Below are positions 13,359-26,837 of a stretch of 64,000 bases of DNA, in pieces (positions within the stretch are counted from its first letter, which is position 1; each line of letters opens with the position of its first letter). The stretch is taken from positions 7,115,880 through 7,179,879 of the forward strand of contig NW_002060947.1 in the NCBI RefSeq assembly GCF_000150275.1, read 5' to 3'. The stretch is from Trichoplax adhaerens (lineage: Eukaryota; Animalia; Placozoa). A program made the translations under genes and the position numbers. The notes under the pieces are model-generated. The model was not told where the DNA came from, searched no databases, and saw nothing but the letters and a program-made list of their open reading frames with translations.

Positions 13359-14718
13359 AATTTAAGCGAAGGAATATATTGTAAATTTAAATAAATATTG
13401 GCCATTTACTTATTTTTACTGAGTATCAGCAATACCAATAGCAATATAGATGTTGACTAAAGCAATCGTAGTTGCTTTTTTACGCTTTCATTAAACTTGC
13501 ACATTTTGCCGAACTGGAATAATAATCGTACTAAATTTTGTTGCAGCTACAGTACTTAAGAACAGTTACTTAGTATTTAAATTACTTCATCACCCAAAAG
13601 ATTGCAATGACAGTGCTGCATCACTTACGTGCCGGCATATGAGGGAGTACTTGTATGGTTTCTTTAATGACGTAAGCCTATACAATATGTGCAAATTCAT
13701 AAGTAGTAAACATACCTGTATAAGTAATCAGCGACCTATAGTTGTTGTATTCTTTGCACTTTCAAAGCTAAAGATGATAATGGTTGCGACTGATTTGATT
13801 GTGAATTGTGCAAGATTAAGAAAATAAATTTTGTTAGTGCGAGATACGAGTATACTTGTATGGATAGGAGATGGCTGCTAAAAGCTTTTAATCCGTTAAT
13901 GCAGCTTTGTTCTGATCTGTTCGTTTTCTATCTACCTTATATGGGCTGTATAGTGCCATGAGAATTCTGACTGTCTGTGATATAGATTGATTAGATTTGT
14001 GGGTATATGAATTATAAAGGTAATGAAACTTAACTAATATACCCAAAAATGTAAGATTCTCGAGTACATGCTGTTGTCGTAGCAGTATTATTAATGCAAT
14101 CATTCTCAGTTATAGCTACCTTATCTCCGCATACATCGACCTTAAATATAAGTCTCCCGAATTTTACTATTTTCACAAAATGGATGTAATTAACTTAAAC
14201 TGCACAGCTGTCCAATTGTACTTGTGCTGTGCATGAATTGAATAGAAAGTAAAGAACTTCATGCAATAATAAATTCATTAGCAAATATCAATAAACAATA
14301 AATTGCTATCATGATTATGCACACTCGTCGGCTTTTATCCTAAGAAACGGCTCTTAATTTACGATTAATAGATTAAATTGATTATTTAGTAGTCCCTAGG
14401 AAAGACCATCAGCACTCAAAGGTGATATTGTGCCAGGTATACTATACTCGTACATTGGATTGTAACATGCCATACCGTAATTGCAGTCTTCATGTGAATG
14501 GAGACACTTTTAATATTATCAAATTGTTCTTAAATAGCTGCAACGAATTTAGTGGAACTTCCAACTTTATTTTAAGAGTGAAGTCAGCAGTTACGAACAA
14601 TATGCGTATACATATTTTGTAAGGGTTATTACTCGCTATCAGATAGAGCAAATAACTAATAAAAGGGTTTCAAAATCTATTGGAATTAAATTTACGACAT
14701 GCACTCTTTGGAATAACT

Positions 14719-17303
14719 TTACCAGGGGATAATATTGCCGTTGGCGTGGTAAAACGTTCCATTTTTACTCTTATCCAAAGATTGAATAAAATTAAGTGTA
14801 TCTTTAATCGAGTCCTCAACAGTTAATGGAGCTTGTTGAGAACCAAGATCAGTCTTAACCCATCCAGGATGAAAGCTCACGGTGATAACGTTATCATCGA
14901 TCAGGTCGTAACTTAATGCTCTGGTCATTCTATTCATAGCAGCCTGGGCGAGTTAAAAATAAAATGATGCAAGTGTGTTATTCCTCGTTTTCCGTAATAC
15001 TTAGCATACGAATATAGATTCAATTCGTAATGGTTTCTACTAGTTACTTTAGAAAGCCCGTACGGATACATTCCACCACAAGATGTCTCCGCACATGATC
15101 CTAACCAGCTTGACATATTGATAATGGCTGCAAATCCCTTCCTCTTTCCTGCATTTGTTATTAAGGAGTGATAGGCCTGTTAAAAGAACACAAAATTAAG
15201 TGTACGAAAATTACAATTGTTACAAAGATCAGACCATGATATTATGAACGCGTACAGCATCGTTATTATTTTATTTAAGGAAAAAAAAATAAGATCGTAC
15301 GTACAATAACTAAACTGCGAGCAATGGCGCTTCCTTAAGCCAATTAATTTAAAGCGTTCAGCAGTCTACATACTGTGCATAGTACTTGAAGAAAACAACA
15401 TTCAGCATGGTTATATTTTTAATTTATGGTACGTGAAGAAAATAACACCTAACATAGTTATACTTTTAATTTCCTTGTTTCGACATAATAATAGAATCTG
15501 AGCTACCATTTTAAGCGTTATCACTATTTAAAAATATATCGATACCAATAAATTGAAGATATAACTATGCTAGCCGTTGTTTACTATACGCAATATCTAT
15601 GTACATTGTTCAATATTTTAAATTGAATTGGCTTATATATTATTACTAATAATATATTTATACCTATAAATTATTAGTGTAACTTTGCTAGATGTTATTT
15701 TCTTTCAATACTATGTACAGTATGTAGACTTTGTTTTCTTCATAGACTACTCTAGTAAAAATGTTACCCTTACTCTCACTTTAACGTCAAATCGCTGCTC
15801 TTACTACTGTATATAATTTTTTTTTTTCATATTTCGATTGAATTGGATTAAACGTTATCGCTATTTACTAATATAGTTTTACCTGAATGACATTAAGTGG
15901 TCCGATCACGTTGGTATGATAAACTCGAATTAAGTCTTCATTGGTAACTTGCAATAACTTTCCCGGTGCTTCAATTCCTGCATTGTTTATAATCAGGTCG
16001 AGCCCTTGATCCGCTAACTTTTCTTTAACCACCACTGCTGAATTTTCAATCGATTGCTTGTCCGAAGAATCTAAAAAATTTTCGAAAGCAGGCAATTTCT
16101 ATCTAAGATGTTTTTAATCATTTGATCATGTTAATACGTACAGCAGTGTTATCCTTATCCTCAACACTCTGGAGACTATTTTTACTATGATGAGTTAAGT
16201 ATCGAAATGTAGCTTTATAATAACAAATGCATCGTGCAGATCATCGATTTCAACATTTGGAAAAATCATTACACTATAATTAATCGTTGCACTGCTATCT
16301 CTGTCCTTAATACTCTGGCTTCTCTTTTCATCATATCGAGCTACGCAACAAAAAGTATCTCTCCGTAAACTCTTAAACCGATTCAGTCGACTGTTAGTTC
16401 GTCAAACCTCAGTCTATTGCACATAATGCAAACTATTAATTTCAACATTAAGAAAAATCATTGTGCTATAAGCGTATAAAATTGACATTGTATTCTATCG
16501 GTTGGGATCCAATAAAATTCGGTCCAAGACTGACCTAGCTTGATGATGGTCACATTGCTTCGCTTAGTCGCAAGTTCTCTTAAGCTCTGTCAAAAGGGCA
16601 TAAAGCGTATGTATAATAAGATGAGTACATGTCTTTGATTATAATGAGCAGTAGAATAATGTCGTAGTTTATTATCATTTTTACTGTACTTTGGGGTTAT
16701 TCTATTGGGATATTTCGATCGTTTTGGCACTATTGGCAATCACATTGAATGCAGTAGGACTAGATATTAAGGTACAGTAAGTGGATCAACTCATTCTAGT
16801 AGCTTGAAATCTGATACCACTTCATCAAAACATTGGTGGAATCAAATGCATTCGACGGACCCAGCAAATTGTTCTACTGTACAACGTAGATCGAATGTAT
16901 TTGATCCTATAGGCGTCCATCAACGACTACTCCATTTTAGCAGTCCATGCCCAGGCGTACATCATGAGCTTTATGTACATTTGGACATACAGGCAATAAT
17001 AGTAGTACTTTACAGTGTAGAATACTCTACTTCAAATCAGTATTTTTCATGGAAGTAGTTCTGTCCATGGCTATCAACACAGAATACTCCACTTCAAATC
17101 AGTATTTTTCACGGAAGTAGTTCTGTCCATGGCTATCAACACGTCTCAATCCAACTCACCTTGGCATTATCGCCTTCTGGAGATCTGCATGTAGCAAATA
17201 TATATTTAAGTTGAGGCGAAGCGGATAATTGCTTGATAAATTCAAGTCCCAATCCTCGATTAGCTCCAGTTACTAATACGCTTTCAAATTTAAACATCGC
17301 CAT
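14719..17303 (-). CDS. SDR-4: C-factor/sniffer-like SDR (inverted copy), 245 aa
   Basis: Minus-strand exons 17303-17160, 16586-16535, 16070-15883, 15176-15048, 14943-14719. Motifs MAMFKFESVLVTGANRGLG, INNAG, NMSS, YGLSK, HPGWVKTDLG. Confidence 0.92.
17019..17142. repeat. 62-bp tandem duplication in SDR-4 intron 1
   Basis: AGAATACTCYACTTCAAATCAGTATTTTTCAYGGAAGTAGTTCTGTCCATGGCTATCAACAC occurs twice. Confidence 0.9.
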
Positions 17304-18239
17304 ATTGTGGATAGATCAGAATGACTGTCAACTCGTACCGGACTGCAAATCCAATCAAGGGGTATGGAAGAATGGCTTACTGATGGAAGGAATAAAACTA
17401 CTAGCTGTAAATTCAATAATTTCCTATGTATAGGGTAGTTTTTCACCGATGAGTCTGTGATCTTTACTCGTGGTTGAGTATGGTATCGCACTGTTGACTA
17501 TGTTGTGACCTTGCTGCTTTTGGGTCAAAATCAACACCCTCTCGATCAGGCGTTTTAAATTGGAGTAATGGATTATGTCAATTCTCTACGACTAGAGCTC
17601 TCCAATTTATCACTTAGTGACATGTTATTCTTGCTGTTCTGCTAGTGCATCTATCTACTCCAACTCCATACTGTCTATTGTCTTGGTGTGTGCAAATAAA
17701 AACTCTTTTATTAAATTGTCATAGTGAATTAATTTTATTTTATTTATTTAAACGCATTTGTTCTTCACGTCGACGTAAATTTGGGGGATCCAATTCTAGT
17801 CATAAATAAGCGCTGTCCGATAGAGAGCGGTGAAAGAAAATACACTACTATATAGAGTTGCATCCTCCATAAAAGGTTATTCTTTGACCTCATTAGCATT
17901 TCATCATAATAACACTAAGTGGGACGATGGGAGGTCTTAAATTGCGAGTGGACATGACATCAGTTTTGTTTTACATTCAATATTGTACAGGAAGGCAATC
18001 TGTAGCAAAAATGCAACATAAAATAGAATATCTCAAACTATACTAACCATAGCGTCGAGTAGAAGGGATGACATCTTTTTGGCTCCAAGATGCATTGCCC
18101 GGTATCTACTATTTCAGCTCAAGCTGCACAGTTCGTCAAACCATCAGCCAGATGATAGTTCCTAAATTTCAATTTATCAATCTAGTCTTGTTGATTTCCT
18201 TCTCGGTTTACTAACGCGTATTGGTGTCGTCTTGGGCTC

Positions 18240-21238
18240 ATGATGGCGTTCACTTTTCAAAGTGTGTTGATCACAGGAGCCAGTCGAGGGATAGGATTAG
18301 GATTTGTAGAGCGATTGGCTGCAGCATCGCACTCTCCGAAGCATATATTTGCCACTTGCAGATCTCCACAGGGTGACACTGCTAAGGTTAGTGGCGTGAG
18401 TGATGTTGTTATTATGGCACTTAGCAAAGAACGCTATTAGCAATCTTAAGAGCTAGCTAACGATGCACGCAGCATGGATCATTCCTTACCTGTTGTTCAT
18501 GACTCGCTGCTAGGCGCTAGCAGCATTAAAAAATTCCGCTCGCTCACTGATCTTAACGATGTACCCTTTTAGTAGTCACACAACTGTACAAATACTTTAT
18601 TAGTCTAGCAATCGTAAAGAGCTGGTCAATTAATTTGGCGCTAGCAGTAAAAAATTCCGCTCGTTCATTGATCTTAACGATGTGCCCTTTTAGTAGTCGC
18701 ACAACAGTACAAATACTTTATTAGCCTAGCAATCGTAAAGAGCTGGTCAATTAATTTGACGCTAGCAGTAAAAAATTCCACTCGTTCACTGATCTTAACA
18801 ATATACCCTTTTAGTAGCTTGCTACGGCACTACGTTGCCTAAATTCTAAAGTTAAAGAAAGTATTGCTACTGACGGTGTTTCTGTATTATAGTGTCTACT
18901 GGTTGCCAGCCATTCAAAAGGATAGTTTTTAGGCGTTATAGTAGTAGTACTATATTCTTTACTCGATCTTTCGGCAGATTAGGGTAGTAATCTGTAGAAG
19001 CAACTCAAAGTAAGTGCTTTACCTTAGACTAGTAAACTTGTCAGGAAGTAGTCCGTGATAGAACCACATAACCAACGGTATAAATACTTCATTAGTCTAG
19101 CAATCATAAAGAGCAGGCCAATGACAGTAGTTTGGGCGCTAGCAGTAAAAAAATTCCACTCGTTCACTGATCTTAACGATGTGCCACGCGACGGTACAAA
19201 TACTTTAATAGTCTAGCAATCATAAAGAGATGGCCAACTAATTTAGCTATAAACATCCTATAAGATGATGCAAGTACTTCATTATAAGACAGTAGCTAAC
19301 TAACAAGGATACCTTTGGCCTTATTACACAGCACTACATGATGCTGTCAACACTTAAATATTATATACTTTCTTATTATTCAACACAGCAGCATGAACCT
19401 CTCAAAACGAGAAGAAAATATTGCCCAATACTCGCTACTGCCTATCTACATAAAAGTCAGTCTTCCAAAAAATTTAGTCATCGCTACCATCGCCAAATTA
19501 TACACGGACAGTGCGGTATGTAACTAATTTAGTATACATAATTCCAAGCATGGCTTTGATAGGATGGAATCGTCGCATGGTAGCTAAAAGTGTCCATTTT
19601 CATACCATTAGAGCAACCATTTGGCAAGGCACGAAATTGAGAGTGATATCTGCTATAAAAGTATACGCGTAGATGTTGTTTAACCACTGAACCTGTATGA
19701 AAATACGAGTATACAATCAATCCTGTAGTGGCATGATCGACAATCGTATTGCTGCTATTTTCTGACTTGGCTGCTTGCAGGTTATAATGGTAGCAGTCAT
19801 GATTAATCCCAGATATCCTACAGTTACTACTGCTAGTAAATGAAAACTGGCCGTAGCAGACTGGATGTAAATAGTGTGATTGCATCATCGCATACATCAT
19901 GATGATTGCTGAATATACGCGTATATAGTTATGACATTATAAATTAAAATCAAATAAATGGCATACTTAGATATATCTCAGTATCTATCCCTTACAGACT
20001 TTAAGAGAACTTGCAGCAACTCGAAAGAATGTGACCATAATTAAGCTAGGTCGGTTGAAAGTATTGCACTTACTGCATTGGCTGCTTCTTTACTAGTGAT
20101 TGAGCTGTATGAATTAGAAACTTTGATTTAATGTTATGCTTTCATGGTGACTTTTTTCAATTGAATAACTGTGCTGTCCAATTTTTCTATTGGATAAGAA
20201 GCAACTCTGTGTTATGAAATGCCAAATTATGCGCTTAGTAATCATTGAAAAATACTTTAGATTGAATAGATTGATCTTCGAATTTTCAGATGCATCAGAG
20301 AAGCAATCTATTGAAGATTCTGTGGCCTCAGTCAGAGAGAAATTAGGTGATGAAAGACTAGATCTAATAATCAATAATGCAGGAATTGGAGCGCCTGGAA
20401 AATTATTACAAACCACCAATGAAGACATGATTCGTGTTTATCATACTAACGTTATTGGACCGCTCAATGTCGTGCAGGTAGGAAGATGTGTCATAATTCA
20501 TTAGCGATCCTTAGCGTTAAACAAGTTCCATCTCTAATCCCTTTGCCTGCTGTATCTCTACGAGTATGCTGCAATAGTTGTGGAATTGTAAATGAAATCG
20601 CCATATTCGATGTTATTCTTGTGAAGTAATAACGTATATATACATTAAAATGGTGGTTCGACTTATATAATGCGAAATTTTAACCTACGTAATAACTTCA
20701 CGATCAAAATTTTCTATATTGGAATTTTGTAAATAGGCCTATCATTCCCTAATAACCAAAGAAGGGAAAAGCAAGGGACTTGCAGCCATCGTTAATATAT
20801 CGAGCGTGGTAGGATCCTGTAAAGAGACATTTGCTGGTGGACTCTACCCTTATGCCCTTTCTAAAGTAACTAGTATGATTAATAAAATTTCAATTTTATA
20901 GAAGGAATTCACTCTGTATATTCAATTGATGGCTTTTACTTGTTGCCAGTAAATATTACAGAAAACGAAGGCTACTTGACACCTAAATCTCTTTCCTTTC
21001 AACTCAAATTTAGGCTGCATTAAACAGAATGACTACTGCATTAAGTCACGATTTGATCGATGATAACGTCATCGCCGTCAGCATTCATCCTGGACGTGTT
21101 AGAACTGATCTTGGTTCCAGAAAGTCGCCACTTAGTGTGGAAGAGTCAACTACAGAAATGATGCAAGTTATTAGGTCTTTAGACAAGAGTAAAAATGGGA
21201 CATTTTACAATTATAATGGAGATGTTATCGCTTGGTAA
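18240..21238 (+). CDS. SDR-5: C-factor/sniffer-like SDR, 246 aa
   Basis: Exons 18240-18386, 19998-20049, 20290-20477, 20737-20865, 21014-21238. Motifs TGASRGIG, INNAG, NISS, YALSK, HPGRVRTDLG. Confidence 0.9.
18514..19245. repeat. ~122-bp tandem repeat array in SDR-5 intron 1
   Basis: Unit GCGCTAGCAG..AAAAAATTCCRCTCGTTCACTGATCTTAACGATG..TACAAATACTTTATTAGTCTAGCAATC at ~18514, ~18638, ~18759 (partial) and ~19075-19245. Confidence 0.9.
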
Positions 21239-23159
21239 TGCTGCTATATTCTAAATGGTATCGCAATTGCAAATTTCAAATTATGTTACCATAACTCTTG
21301 CTGATGTTGAACAGACAGTGCAATATCTATTAATCTTAATTATAATCGCCCTTACTACACCGTAACAAACCTGTGTGTGATTTCTCTGATTGGGTGTTTT
21401 ATTGTCACAAACTTGTTTCAGCGATTAAAACTGTTTTATTTTACTTTTTAAAATCCTGAATTTCTGACGAAGGCATATAGACTGTATCAACTACCTCTTG
21501 TAGTATTTAGAAAGGATATTGTTTGAAATCTACAAGCCTTGGTGTCCCATTAAATCATTTATCGAATTGCTTTACTTGCTGTAATAAAATTTAAATGTAA
21601 AGGAAACGTCAGTGGATAGTAATAGCTTTTATTACAATTTATTTATTGCGAGTGTGATAGTAACGGAGGATTAGAATTAACAATGACAGAAAGACTTGGC
21701 TTTACATACTACTACCGGTCAATATCTACTATCCTACAAGTAACTATAACATCCTAATTACTCACATCAACAACTATTTTAGTTAGTTAATCTTACTAAC
21801 GTTACTTTTGCAAATGAACAAATCAGACGCAGGCTTTCATTATAGTATATTTATATCTAAAATCTCGATCCCCTATGCGATTGTATATGTTTAAGTATGA
21901 GTGCGAAGATTTCAAACCGGATCTACCTTTAAGAGGTAGTTGGTGATATTAGATATTGCATAAACTCGAATATACACCTTTCTATTCAATATCCTTTTCA
22001 GTGAATATGAAATTAGTAAAAAGACCCATCGGCCAAAGCGTACATCAAGGTTACCAGGCTCCAGGAACTGTAATGGCTGTTGCAATAACGTTACATTTGT
22101 ATGATGTCATCTTTTCAAGCCAATCTTCAGGCTGTCTTACCTATCGCTACCCATCTATGATATCAAGTTGCAATAGTACTGTAAGATTACATCAATATTT
22201 TTTTATAATTATATATATATATAATAGAGAGTTATGAGCGAAATATTAATACAGCATAGAGGTACAATTGCAAAACGTTTATGCCCCTGCATAGCCAATA
22301 TGTATTGAATTTTCTCTCAAGTATGGTGGCATTCTAATTTACAGAGTTTTTGAATTTGTAACATTAAGCTGCATGCAGAAATGCTAATCAGGGTTATGTA
22401 TCCCTCCGATTAATTATAGTACAGTATACTATCCTCGTATAAACCATTCATTTAAATTGTCCAGCAACCAACCATGCTACCTTTATAAGCTGCCAAAACA
22501 TGGACTATTTGATCCACCTGGCTTGGAGCTGGACCCGGCTATTTTAGCCAGTTATCATTCTATCAGAGACTACAGTACTACAAAAAGAGGCTGAAGAAAT
22601 GATCGTTTAGTATACTCAAAATACCCAGGATGATTATTTCAGCTAAATTGTATGTCTGCCTACTGTCTAGTGTCCATCATGGACAATTGAACATCCAAAT
22701 AAGTTACTCGATACCCGAGAGGCAGAGCTCCGGAAAAACAGCAGTCAGGAGTATTGCAGCGGGTAGATGCTTTACCTTGATAGTAGTGTCCCATACAGCC
22801 GTCAGTAGAGACCTTCTACTGTATAGTAGAGCCCGCAAATTATATCATTTTGTATCAGCAAGTAGCACTGATATTTTCTCCGTATCATGGAGACTGTCCT
22901 ACTGACTGGTTACATACTGATTCTTATTTAGTAAATCTATATTCTATCTATATGTTATATATAGATAGATAGATATACATATATACCAAACAAATTTTGT
23001 TTACATTAGTATCATTAAAGTACTATTAAGAGATTGGTCGTGATTAGTGATCTTTCTAGTCTGATCAAGACTAGAAATTGGCCTTGAACAGTTATTTAAT
23101 AATTAATCGCTTGCATTTGTTGCCTAGTCAAGTATTCAGTGATGCCATTCAAGAGAAAG

Positions 23160-25514
23160 ATGCCTTTCCTGTTTGAAAGCGTTTTAGTAACGGGAAGTAG
23201 TCGTGGGTTTGGCTTTGAGATGGTTCGCCAATTGGCTAATTTGTCATACCCACCCAAGTATATCTTTGCTACGTGCAGATCACCAGGTGGAGAGACAGCA
23301 AAGGTGATCGCAAATTAAGACGATACAAGGATTAAAGTTGATCGAGCTAAGTGATAAAGCAGTTTGCCTCCTAGTGATTTTTGATCGGTCAGGTTGATTG
23401 TTCAATTAGCTAGTAAAACGCCATTGCAATAGCGATGTTGTACTGTATTATTGTCAATGGCTATGATAAAACTTGGTGTACATTTTTAACATTCTTATAG
23501 CATCGCCATTGATCGTATAATTAATTAATGGACTGCATTATACTATTGATTAAATTTATCTCTACCAATTTATATCAACTTTACCGTCATCAATCATGAC
23601 TGAGGAGACTCGATTCGAAATAATGAACAGCGCGATACATCGTTCTAGTTGATTTTATATCAACATATTTTCACTTTCTTGCATATTGATGATGAATATT
23701 TTGTATTTAGATGATAGGAGTTAAAGAACTTTGCATCAGATCATAGCAATGTCACCATTATTTCGTTAGGTAAATTTTACGGAAATTGAGAATGTAGAAA
23801 ATGTCCTTAACTTTGTTTCTTTGTAGCTAGTATTAGATAGTTTAGCAAACACATTGTGTACTCAAACAGTAACGAATTTCATCCATTTTAGCTATTAAGA
23901 TCTAGAAATGTACTGATTTTCATTTTATTTACCGATATAACAGTTACCAAGAAATAGATTTAGTGGCTAGCGTTCAATTTTGATAACGTAACAGTTATAG
24001 CGATAGCGGAATTTTCTTACTTGCATTCAACAACATATTATTAAGACAGTTTACTTTTTATAGTAGTTTTAACTTCTCTTACCACTGCCCATTTTTATTC
24101 TTTGCAAACCACACTAAAATTTTATCGTTAAAGTTTTATACTGATAGACTTTTACTTTCATCAATAATCTCAATTCCTAGATACTTCATCGAAAGAATCC
24201 ATTCAAAAATCAGCTCTTTTGGTTAAAGAGAAATTGGGCAATGATGGACTCGATCTTGTAATCAATAATGCAGGAATTAAAACAGAATCGCCTAGTTTTC
24301 TAGATGAAACAGAGGAGGATATGATGCGTGTGTTTAAAACTAATGTGGTAGGACCCTTCCAAGTCATACAGGTTGGTGTCTAGTAAAGCTTAAAATTTTA
24401 GCATGATAGGTGCTATGTTCGTATTACATAATATAGCAGGTTTGAATGTATGAAATGGTAAATTCAAGTCGTATAGCGACAAATCTTGCAACATACTACT
24501 GCAGTAAGGTAGTAATGATTTTACTTTAGTGAAGCCAACGGACCGCCCCATTTATCCTTGCCTAGTCTATTTCTCGTACTTGTCTCAGATTCTTTCAATT
24601 TATATAGTATTTAATAACAGTATAGATCTGTATTTCTTTCAGAACTCCAATTGGACGCTGTAGTGTAAAAGTAGGCATTGATAGATGATCATCTAAGCTA
24701 AATTACCTACGAACTCTATTGTCACTTTATAGATAGTTATACAACGCTTACTTCATGATCAGCGAGGGTTGTTATTACTTAGTAAATATGATATATTAAT
24801 ATAAGAAGGAATTATAATTATAGGTACGTACCAGTACACATTTAAGGACACGATTACGTTAATGTTTGATATTGACAGATTAATACAGGTGTTTACAAAT
24901 GCATACGACAGCAAACAGTTATACGATGATTCTTATATTTAGTATTAAATTCGACATGCAGTCTGGTTGATTTAAAACTCATCTACTTCTTAATTCTTAC
25001 ACTTAGAAATATCATTTTTTGCCCAATGTTTAGGCCTATCATTCACTTTCAGCTACGGCAGGTCAGAAAAAAGGTTTCGCCGCTATTCTAAACTTTTCTA
25101 GTATCCTTGGACCATGCGAAAAATCGAATTTTGGTGGTTTATATCCTTATGTCATATCTAAGGTAGTAGCCTAAGCGATAGAGTATAAAAATCAATGCTG
25201 CATGCCTGGTATATTAATGTCTATTTTGTATTTAATGTACATTTTTATCTTTGCAACTCCCAAACTTTTTCTATCTATGTTTTCAGGCTGGCATGAATAG
25301 AATGACCAAAGGCTTGAGCTTTGAGCTCATTCGTGATAATATCATTACCATGTGTATTTGTCCGTGTTGGGTAAAGACTGCAATGGGAGGTTTGGATAAA
25401 GGCATACTAACACCACAAGAATCTGTTGGATATATTATGAAAATTATTCAATCAATGGATAAAAGTAAAAATGGAGCCTTTTACAACTATACAGGTGATA
25501 TCAATCCATATTGA
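23160..25514 (+). CDS. SDR-6: C-factor/sniffer-like SDR, second subfamily, 247 aa
   Basis: Exons 23160-23303, 23718-23769, 24181-24371, 25034-25162, 25287-25514. Motifs TGSSRGFG, INNAG, NFSS, YVISK, CPCWVKTAMGG. Confidence 0.9.
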
Positions 25515-26837
25515 ATGAATTTATCAAAACCAACATTACAAAGTAGCTAGTAGCATAATCATCTTAGTATCTACTATGTGCCGTATGTTATCAATCTATG
25601 CGTAAAGTAAAGATTTAAAGACTTAGGTTCGTGATAATTTCTCACACTATAACTAAGTGCATAGTAATTATGTCTCAGCAATCATAATTTGCTTGATTTT
25701 GCGGTAGTACAACTATTTTAATATCTCTATAGTTTTATAGGATATTACAAATATAGAAAGGTAGACTTTCTGTGCAGATATTATCGTATTATTGATTTCA
25801 ATATTTCTGTTCATTATTATTTTACGTCTGCCATTACTTGATAAGAATATCTTTTGCTGTTCAAAAATAGTCAATCATTTTATGCCGTTGCTTACTCCAT
25901 AGTAAAATACTTATCATTCAATTTATGCCTTTTTTAATAATTGTAACGTTCGATTCTCGATTACTAATACATTTTATCGTAATGTTAATAAATTTACGAT
26001 ATTAGATCTATTTTGTAACCTATCTTATCTTGTGGACTTGCACGACAGTATGGGCAAGAAAAACGAAAGATTAATTGCCATAGTTAGACTTTTTGGGCAT
26101 GCTTGAGGGCATAGTGTAATTTTATGATATCGTTGGTATACGGGTGTCTGTACGCGATACCCCGTATGCAAAATGTTTTAAATTTAGTTCTCAATGTGGC
26201 AATTTTTGTCAGTTTTACACCACACCATTAGCTTTCCAGAGAAAAGTTACCCCGGCTAAACATCCTTAGAATTATGTCTATTGCTTAACCTTGATTTGTA
26301 TCGTGGACAAACAAACAAACAAGCAGATTTCATTTTTATTTATGCAAGGAAGGATATTTCACTTTTTAGGCGATAAACAAATTTGGAGGCCTTTAAAATC
26401 ATGATATCCTATTTTAAGATTTATTCTAAGATAAAAAATTTGCTCGAATCTGATAATTTATTGATTTTGAACATCAGGTGATCCAATTTTATCGTGAGAC
26501 ACTAAGTCATTTATATTGAGTTCCATAGCATAAAAATATTTTATGTCCTGATGGGTACCGCAAGAAACAATATTCAATCTTAGCAAACTAAATTAATACG
26601 TTGTCTAGCATGATGAAGAGAGTAGCGTATCGAGAACATATTTACTAAGTTTAGCAGAAGAACACAAACAGTACTTTTATGTAAGATGTTAAATAAGTAC
26701 ATCAAATGATGTAAAACTGACAGATAGAGGATAAATCTATAAAAGACAGAAGTTTGTTTGCTAGTGATGATATGTGCCCTTAGTCGTTGATGATGGCATA
26801 TAATTATAATTGTCGACAGTGTACGAGTTATGTTAAA

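Noticed and set aside
19529-19900. 123-aa minus-strand ORF inside SDR-5 intron 1
   Set aside because: No recognisable domain or compositional support; likely a chance ORF.
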